Below, in pieces: positions 52,537 through 64,000 of a stretch of DNA of 64,000 bases (positions are counted from its first letter, which is position 1; the number at the start of each line of letters is the position of its first letter). The position numbers were made by a program, and so were the translations under genes. Source of the DNA: Escherichia coli (GTDB taxonomy: Bacteria; Pseudomonadota; Gammaproteobacteria; Enterobacterales; Enterobacteriaceae); assembly GCF_003790525.1 (NCBI RefSeq), contig NZ_CP033635.1; one strand, written 5' to 3'. Below the pieces are notes generated by a model, which worked only from the letters and a program-made list of their open reading frames with translations, ran no database searches and had not been told where the DNA came from.

Positions 52537-52570
52537 AAAAATTAAAGGGGAGATAAAATCCCCCCTTTTT
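52537..52570 (-). terminator. Putative terminator after clpX
   Basis: Short GC stem GGGGA/TCCCC with 7-nt loop followed on the transcribed strand by TTTAATTTTT, 30 nt after the clpX stop. Confidence 0.5.
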
Positions 52571-52598
52571 GGTTAACTAATTGTATGGGAATGGTTAA

Positions 52599-53873
52599 TT
52601 ATTCACCAGATGCCTGTTGCGCTTCCGGCTTGCCATAAATCAGCAACGGCTTGCTTTGACCATCAATTACCGATTCGTCGATAACCACTTTTTCGACGTC
52701 TTCCATGGACGGCAGATCGTACATGGTATCGAGCAGTGCGGCTTCTACGATGGAACGCAGGCCACGGGCACCGGTTTTACGCGCCATCGCTTTCTTAGCG
52801 ATAGCATCCAGCGCCTCGTCACGGAATTCCAGATCCACACCTTCCAGATTAAACAGCGCCTGATACTGCTTGGTCAGGGCGTTTTTCGGCTCTTTGAGGA
52901 TCTGAATCAGAGCTTCTTCGCTCAGTTCATTCAACGTTGCGACAACCGGCAGACGACCAATGAACTCAGGGATCAGACCAAACTTGATCAGATCTTCCGG
53001 TTCAACCTGCGCCAGCAGTTCACCTTCGCTTGCTTTGTCGGACTTCGCTTTTACCGTCGCGCCAAAACCAATGCCGGAACCGGTTTCTACTCGATGGGAA
53101 ATCACTTTATCCAGACCGGCAAACGCACCGCCACAGATAAACAGGATCTTAGAGGTATCAACCTGCAAGAATTCCTGCTGCGGATGTTTACGCCCACCTT
53201 GCGGCGGAACAGCAGCTACCGTACCTTCGATCAGTTTTAACAGTGCCTGCTGTACGCCTTCACCGGAAACGTCTCGGGTAATGGACGGGTTGTCTGACTT
53301 ACGAGAAATCTTGTCAATTTCATCGATGTAGACAATCCCGCGCTGCGCTTTCTGTACGTCGTAATCGCACTTCTGCAACAGCTTCTGAATGATGTTTTCA
53401 ACGTCTTCGCCCACATAACCGGCTTCGGTCAGCGTGGTTGCGTCAGCCATGGTGAACGGAACGTCCAGCAGGCGCGCCAGCGTTTCGGCCAGCAGCGTTT
53501 TACCGGAACCGGTCGGACCGATCAGCAGAATGTTACTTTTGCCCAACTCGACGCCATTGCTGGTATCTCCGTTGCGCAGACGTTTGTAGTGGTTGTATAC
53601 CGCGACCGCCAGCACTTTTTTCGCCTGTTCCTGACCGATAACGTAATCGTCCAGGTGGTTGCGAATTTCATGCGGCGTCGGTAGCGCACTGCGTTCACGA
53701 TGCGGTGCAACTTCTTTAATCTCTTCGCGAATGATGTCGTTACATAAATCAACACATTCGTCGCAGATATACACGGATGGACCGGCAATCAGCTTGCGCA
53801 CTTCATGCTGGCTTTTGCCGCAAAAAGAGCAATACAGCAATTTGCCTGAGCCATCTTTGCGTTTATCTGTCAT
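52599..53873 (-). CDS. clpX: ATP-dependent Clp protease ATPase subunit ClpX (424 aa)
   Basis: ORF track 424 aa; N-terminal zinc-binding CSFCGK...C...C; Walker A GPTGSGKT. Confidence 0.97.
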
Positions 53874-53998
53874 GGGTCAAAACCTCTTCTTTGTTCTTTG
53901 TGCCGCACACGACGACGCAAATGCCATTCTCAGGCGCAAGCCGCTTACAGCGTTGTGCCGCCCTGGATAAGTATAGCGGCACAGTTGCGCCTCTGGCA

Positions 53999-54622
53999 TC
54001 AATTACGATGGGTCAGAATCGAATCGACCAGACCGTATTCCACCGCTTCAGGGGCGGAAAGGAAGCGATCGCGCTCGGTATCACGTTCAATCTGTTCTAA
54101 TGATTGACCCGTATGAAGCGCCATAAGTTCATTCATGCGCCCTTTAACTTTCAGAATTTCACGGGCATGAATTTCGATATCGGTCGCCTGGCCCTGGTAG
54201 CCGCCCAACGGCTGGTGAATCATCACGCGCGAATTCGGCAGGCAGAAACGTTTACCTTTTGCCCCTGCAGTCAGCAAGAAAGCGCCCATCGAGGCCGCCT
54301 GGCCCATACAGATGGTGCTGACATCAGGCTTGATAAACTGCATGGTGTCATAGATAGACATCCCGGCAGTAATCACCCCGCCTGGAGAGTTAATGTACAG
54401 ATAGATATCTTTTTCTGGGTTTTCTGCTTCCAGGAACAGCATCTGCGCCACAATCAGGTTAGCCATGTGGTCTTCAACCTGGCCAGTCAGAAAAATGACG
54501 CGTTCCTTAAGTAGACGAGAATAGATATCAAAAGAGCGCTCACCTCGTGAGGTCTGTTCAATGACCATCGGCACCAGCGCCATATGGGGTGCAAAGTTAT
54601 CTCGTTCGCCGCTGTATGACAT
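53999..54622 (-). CDS. clpP: ATP-dependent Clp protease proteolytic subunit ClpP (207 aa)
   Basis: ORF track 207 aa; catalytic Ser context GQAASMGA. Confidence 0.97.
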   Translation of the reverse strand: MSYSGERDNFAPHMALVPMVIEQTSRGERSFDIYSRLLKERVIFLTGQVEDHMANLIVAQMLFLEAENPEKDIYLYINSPGGVITAGMSIYDTMQFIKPDVSTICMGQAASMGAFLLTAGAKGKRFCLPNSRVMIHQPLGGYQGQATDIEIHAREILKVKGRMNELMALHTGQSLEQIERDTERDRFLSAPEAVEYGLVDSILTHRN

Positions 54623-54697
54623 TTCCGTCTCCTGGATAAAATTGAAAAAACCTGCTGTACCGATTGTAACCTTATGGACGGATTATCAGCTAGTCCC

Positions 54698-54733
54698 TGT
54701 GTTATGGGTACGGCATCACCATATTTCAAGCAT
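54698..54733 (-). promoter_or_regulatory. sigma32-type promoter of clpP-clpX
   Basis: Transcribed strand reads CTTGAAA-N15-CCCATAAC about 70 nt upstream of the clpP ATG. Confidence 0.55.
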
Positions 54734-54801
54734 AACAATCTTTTGTTGTTACGCTAACACCGAAAGAGGCTTTTCGCACGGTTCCATGCAAAATTCATGA
54801 C

Positions 54802-54833
54802 AAAAAAAAGCCCACCACCTGGCGGTGACGGGC
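54802..54833 (-). terminator. Intrinsic terminator of tig
   Basis: Imperfect GC-rich hairpin GCCCGTCACC...GGTGGTGGGC followed on the transcribed strand by T8, 35 nt after the tig stop. Confidence 0.65.
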
Positions 54834-54867
54834 CTTTGTGCGAATTTAGCGCGTTATGCTGCGTAAA

Positions 54868-56175
<1,308 letters not shown>

Positions 56176-56426
56176 TCAAAAAATCACAGTGCTCGGTCAA
56201 CTCTTACCCCGCAAGCACAGGTTGTTGGCTTCGCGGAACCGGGATGTTCTTATAATCAATCACATTCCCTGTTACCAGAATCATCCCGAAAGCATTCAAA
56301 TAGGACGCGGCATTATAGCGGCATCACTTTTATGAGTCGAGAACGGTTATTGCGCGCTGTCGCGTATTTTTTCACAATTCCCGGGCAATTTTCGTCTGAA
56401 TGCTGGGCAAAAAGCGCAAAATCCAG

Positions 56427-56452
56427 ACAAAACAAAACGGCCCGCAGGCCGT
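56427..56452 (-). terminator. Putative intrinsic terminator of bolA
   Basis: ACGGCC-CGCA-GGCCGT hairpin followed on the transcribed strand by TTTGTTTTGT, about 58 nt after the bolA stop. Confidence 0.55.
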
Positions 56453-56509
56453 TTTTCATAAAATCTTTAGCAACATACTGGAAAAGCGCCGACAGTTGCA
56501 AATGCGTTT

Positions 56510-56827
56510 TTACGCGATGCTTCCTGCTCCACGACAGGGAGGAGAGGCAAAGACGGTGTCCTGCAACCCTTCCCACTCCTTAATAGTGTAAGTATGCAGA
56601 GCCAGCGCATGAACGGTAGTAGAGAGTTCCTCCGCTAAAGTACTGTAAATCATTCGATGACGATTCAGAAAACGTTCACCCGTAAAACGATCGCTGACCA
56701 GCACAACTTTAAAATGGCTTTCAGAGCCGGCTGGGACATTGTGACGATAGCTTTCATCCACTACTTCGAGGAATACGGGTTGGAACGCCGCCCTTAATTT
56801 TTCTTCTATCCGCTCACGTATCATCAT
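56510..56827 (-). CDS. bolA: Morphogene/stress regulator BolA (105 aa)
   Basis: Track ORF 116 aa; start taken as [17 protein letters not shown] at ATG 56825-56827. Confidence 0.9.
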
Positions 56828-57131
56828 GAAATATCTCCTCCGACAACGCTGAGATGTCATCCATCCCTTTAAATACTAGCCGCTTTTACCGTTTCCATTG
56901 CAGCTTAACAACAAATATTTAGGTTTCGTCCTGGTTTTTCCGTCAAGCGTATGAAGTTTACTGATTTAAAGATTGAAACACAGGCCTCGCATCAGCGTTT
57001 CTTTTACCAGGGGCGATTATTTCGTCAACATGATGAATTTACATGCCTTACCCACTTCCCCTCGCCGTTGGCAATGTTATGATGGCGGGAATTTTTACCA
57101 AACACGCTTAAGAGTCTCTGAGAGCCCGAAC

Positions 57132-57710
57132 ATGTTCAAAAAAATCCTCTTCCCGTTAGTTGCTCTGTTTATGCTTGCAGGATGCGCAAAACCGCCAACA
57201 ACTATTGAAGTTTCACCGACGATAACACTGCCACAGCAGGATCCAAGCCTGATGGGCGTCACCGTAAGCATTAATGGTGCCGATCAGCGTACCGATCAGG
57301 CGCTGGCAAAAGTCACCCGCGATAATCAAATCGTTACCCTGACCGCCTCCCGCGATCTGCGTTTCCTGCTGCAAGAAGTGCTGGAAAAACAGATGACCGC
57401 GCGTGGTTACATGGTTGGTCCGAATGGCCCGGTTAATCTGCAAATCATCGTTAGCCAACTGTATGCTGACGTGTCCCAGGGCAACGTGCGCTATAACATC
57501 GCCACCAAAGCGGATATCGCTATCATCGCTACCGCGCAGAATGGCAACAAAATGACCAAAAACTATCGTGCCAGCTACAACGTTGAAGGTGCGTTCCAGG
57601 CCTCCAACAAAAATATCGCCGATGCGGTTAACAGTGTGCTGACCGATACCATCGCTGATATGTCTCAGGACACCAGCATCCACGAATTCATCAAGCAGAA
57701 CGCGCGTTAA
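57132..57710 (+). CDS. yajG: Lipoprotein YajG (192 aa)
   Basis: Track ORF starts upstream; start taken as MFKKILFPLVALFMLAGC (lipobox) at ATG 57132. Confidence 0.88.
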   Translation: MFKKILFPLVALFMLAGCAKPPTTIEVSPTITLPQQDPSLMGVTVSINGADQRTDQALAKVTRDNQIVTLTASRDLRFLLQEVLEKQMTARGYMVGPNGPVNLQIIVSQLYADVSQGNVRYNIATKADIAIIATAQNGNKMTKNYRASYNVEGAFQASNKNIADAVNSVLTDTIADMSQDTSIHEFIKQNAR

Positions 57711-57753
57711 TTTCTGCCCTCTGGCCCGGTGCAAGTCGGGCCTGTAGACGCCC

Positions 57754-59229
57754 ATGTCCAGTCAATATTTACGTATTTTTCAACAGCCGCGTTCAGCCAT
57801 ATTGCTGATTCTGGGTTTTGCTTCCGGGCTACCGCTCGCCCTGACATCCGGCACCTTACAGGCCTGGATGACGGTCGAGAATATCGATCTTAAAACCATT
57901 GGTTTCTTCTCTCTGGTAGGCCAGGCTTACGTTTTTAAATTCCTCTGGTCACCACTGATGGACCGCTACACGCCCCCATTTTTCGGGCGGCGGCGCGGTT
58001 GGCTGCTCGCCACGCAAATTCTGTTATTAGTCGCCATTGCGGCGATGGGTTTTCTCGAACCAGGCACCCAGCTCCGCTGGATGGCGGCACTGGCGGTGGT
58101 GATCGCTTTTTGCTCTGCCTCCCAGGATATTGTCTTCGATGCGTGGAAAACCGATGTGCTCCCGGCAGAAGAACGTGGTGCGGGCGCGGCAATCAGCGTG
58201 CTGGGTTACCGTTTAGGGATGCTGGTTTCCGGCGGCTTAGCCCTGTGGCTGGCAGATAAATGGCTGGGCTGGCAGGGCATGTACTGGTTGATGGCGGCGC
58301 TGTTGATCCCCTGTATTATCGCGACGTTGCTTGCACCAGAACCCACCGACACCATTCCTGTGCCCAAAACGCTGGAACAAGCGGTTGTTGCACCTCTGCG
58401 CGATTTCTTTGGTCGCAATAATGCCTGGCTTATTTTGCTTCTTATCGTGCTGTATAAGCTGGGCGACGCATTCGCTATGAGCCTGACAACCACGTTTTTG
58501 ATTCGCGGCGTCGGGTTTGATGCGGGTGAAGTAGGCGTGGTTAACAAAACGCTTGGCTTACTGGCGACCATTGTTGGCGCATTGTACGGTGGGATTTTGA
58601 TGCAGCGCCTGTCGCTGTTCCGTGCACTGCTGATTTTCGGCATTTTACAAGGTGCATCTAACGCCGGTTACTGGCTGCTGTCGATTACTGATAAGCATCT
58701 CTACAGCATGGGTGCAGCCGTCTTTTTCGAAAACCTCTGTGGCGGGATGGGTACATCAGCCTTTGTCGCGCTGTTAATGACGCTGTGTAATAAGTCATTT
58801 TCCGCTACTCAATTTGCCCTGCTCTCAGCGCTTTCTGCTGTAGGGCGAGTTTATGTCGGCCCCGTGGCGGGTTGGTTTGTTGAAGCACACGGCTGGTCGA
58901 CATTCTATCTGTTCTCCGTCGCCGCTGCCGTACCAGGGCTTATTTTACTGCTGATTTGTCGCCAGACGCTTGAATATACACGAGTAAATGACAACTTTAT
59001 CTCCCGTACCGAATATCCGGCAGGTTATGCCTTTGCCATGTGGACACTGGCGGCGGGCGTCAGCCTGTTGGCCGTGTGGTTACTGCTGTTGACGATGGAC
59101 GCGCTGGATTTGACGCACTTCTCTTTCCTGCCTGCTCTGCTGGAAGTCGGGGTTTTAGTCGCCCTTTCTGGCGTCGTGCTTGGTGGTTTACTGGATTATC
59201 TGGCGCTACGAAAAACGCATCTGACGTAA
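57754..59229 (+). CDS. ampG: Anhydromuropeptide permease AmpG (491 aa), MFS
   Basis: ORF track 491 aa; multi-TM MFS profile; 43 nt downstream of yajG. Confidence 0.95.
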   Translation: MSSQYLRIFQQPRSAILLILGFASGLPLALTSGTLQAWMTVENIDLKTIGFFSLVGQAYVFKFLWSPLMDRYTPPFFGRRRGWLLATQILLLVAIAAMGFLEPGTQLRWMAALAVVIAFCSASQDIVFDAWKTDVLPAEERGAGAAISVLGYRLGMLVSGGLALWLADKWLGWQGMYWLMAALLIPCIIATLLAPEPTDTIPVPKTLEQAVVAPLRDFFGRNNAWLILLLIVLYKLGDAFAMSLTTTFLIRGVGFDAGEVGVVNKTLGLLATIVGALYGGILMQRLSLFRALLIFGILQGASNAGYWLLSITDKHLYSMGAAVFFENLCGGMGTSAFVALLMTLCNKSFSATQFALLSALSAVGRVYVGPVAGWFVEAHGWSTFYLFSVAAAVPGLILLLICRQTLEYTRVNDNFISRTEYPAGYAFAMWTLAAGVSLLAVWLLLLTMDALDLTHFSFLPALLEVGVLVALSGVVLGGLLDYLALRKTHLT

Positions 59230-59685
59230 TCTGTAAATATTATTTAGCTGTAGTAATCACTCGCCGTAATTATTACGGCTAAATAAACATCAGCATCGCT
59301 TATTAATATTTGTTCTTTTGTGCGGCTTAGCGTCTGGAAATTATTGACGCTATTTATGAATTCTATTTTTCTTACACGATTCAGCAAATGAGTCTTTATT
59401 TTCTCACTACCAAGTTGTCACCTTAATGATAATTATTTGTTAAATAATTGTTTTATTTCGCATTGGTTATACCAATTGCCCGCCCAGACTCCTTCTGCAC
59501 TCCCCTTTTGTTATAACGCCCTTTTGCAACAGCTTCTTAAAATCAATCCGATATGTTTTGCAACATATGTGACCTGGAAGCCAAATCCAAGTAACAGGAA
59601 TTTAATCATGTTTACAGTAATGTAACCTTCCCGTAAAATGCCCACACACTTTAAACGCCACCAGATCCCGTGGAATTGAGGTCGT

Positions 59686-60636
<951 letters not shown>

Positions 60637-60645
60637 AGGGGTTGA

Positions 60646-63582
<2,937 letters not shown>

Positions 63583-63593
63583 GAGCGGCGGTT

Positions 63594-64000
63594 ATGATGT
63601 TTAAGCAATACCTGCAAGTAACGAAACCAGGCATCATCTTTGGCAACCTGATCTCGGTGATTGGGGGATTCCTGCTGGCCTCAAAGGGCAGCATTGATTA
63701 TCCCCTGTTTATCTACACGCTGGTTGGGGTGTCACTGGTTGTGGCGTCGGGTTGTGTGTTTAACAACTACATCGACAGGGATATCGACAGAAAGATGGAA
63801 AGGACGAAGAATCGGGTGCTGGTTAAAGGCCTGATCTCTCCTGCTGTCTCGCTGGTGTACGCCACCTTGCTGGGTATTGCTGGCTTTATGCTGCTGTGGT
63901 TTGGCGCGAATCCGCTGGCCTGCTGGCTGGGGGTGATGGGCTTTGTGGTTTATGTCGGCGTCTACAGCCTGTACATGAAACGCCACTCGGTCTACGGCAC
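63594..64000 (+). CDS. cyoE: Heme O synthase (protoheme IX farnesyltransferase) CyoE, N-terminal part; continues past the window end
   Basis: ATG 63594, translation [32 protein letters not shown]...; UbiA-family D-rich motif [18 protein letters not shown]; no stop within the window. Confidence 0.9.

Overview
This window reads as a contiguous, gene-dense stretch of Escherichia coli core chromosome (K-12-like gene order, shown as the reverse complement of the usual map orientation). It runs from the 5' end of glsA (ybaS) through copA, ybaP, ybaK, ushA, fsr, ybaL, gsk, aes, hemH, adk, htpG, recR, ybaB, dnaX, apt, ybaN, priC, ybaM, mscK, acrR-acrAB, tomB-hha, maa, ylaC, pdeB, ybaA, ffs, atl, ybaY, tesB, amtB-glnK, mdlBA, decR (ybaO), cof, ybaE, queC, fadM, ybaV, ppiD, hupB, lon, clpXP, tig, bolA, yajG-ampG and cyoABCD into the start of cyoE. 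All 57 protein genes lying wholly within the window have intact full-length frames (glsA and cyoE are cut by the window edges). I also recognise two small RNAs (ChiX, 4.5S/ffs), three REP/BIME repeat clusters, two known programmed -1 frameshift sites (dnaX, copA), sigma32 and sigma54 promoters, the CueR and AcrR operators, and several intrinsic terminators. I found no IS element, prophage, integrase, CRISPR array, tRNA gene or island-like insertion, and no convincing candidate for a previously undescribed system. The only departure from the K-12 gene order I can see is that ybaQ is missing between copA and ybaP, where a REP cluster sits instead. All identifications come from reading the supplied ORF translations and the nucleotide sequence against remembered E. 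coli proteins and motifs; no database search or alignment was run, so strain assignment and exact start codons are provisional.
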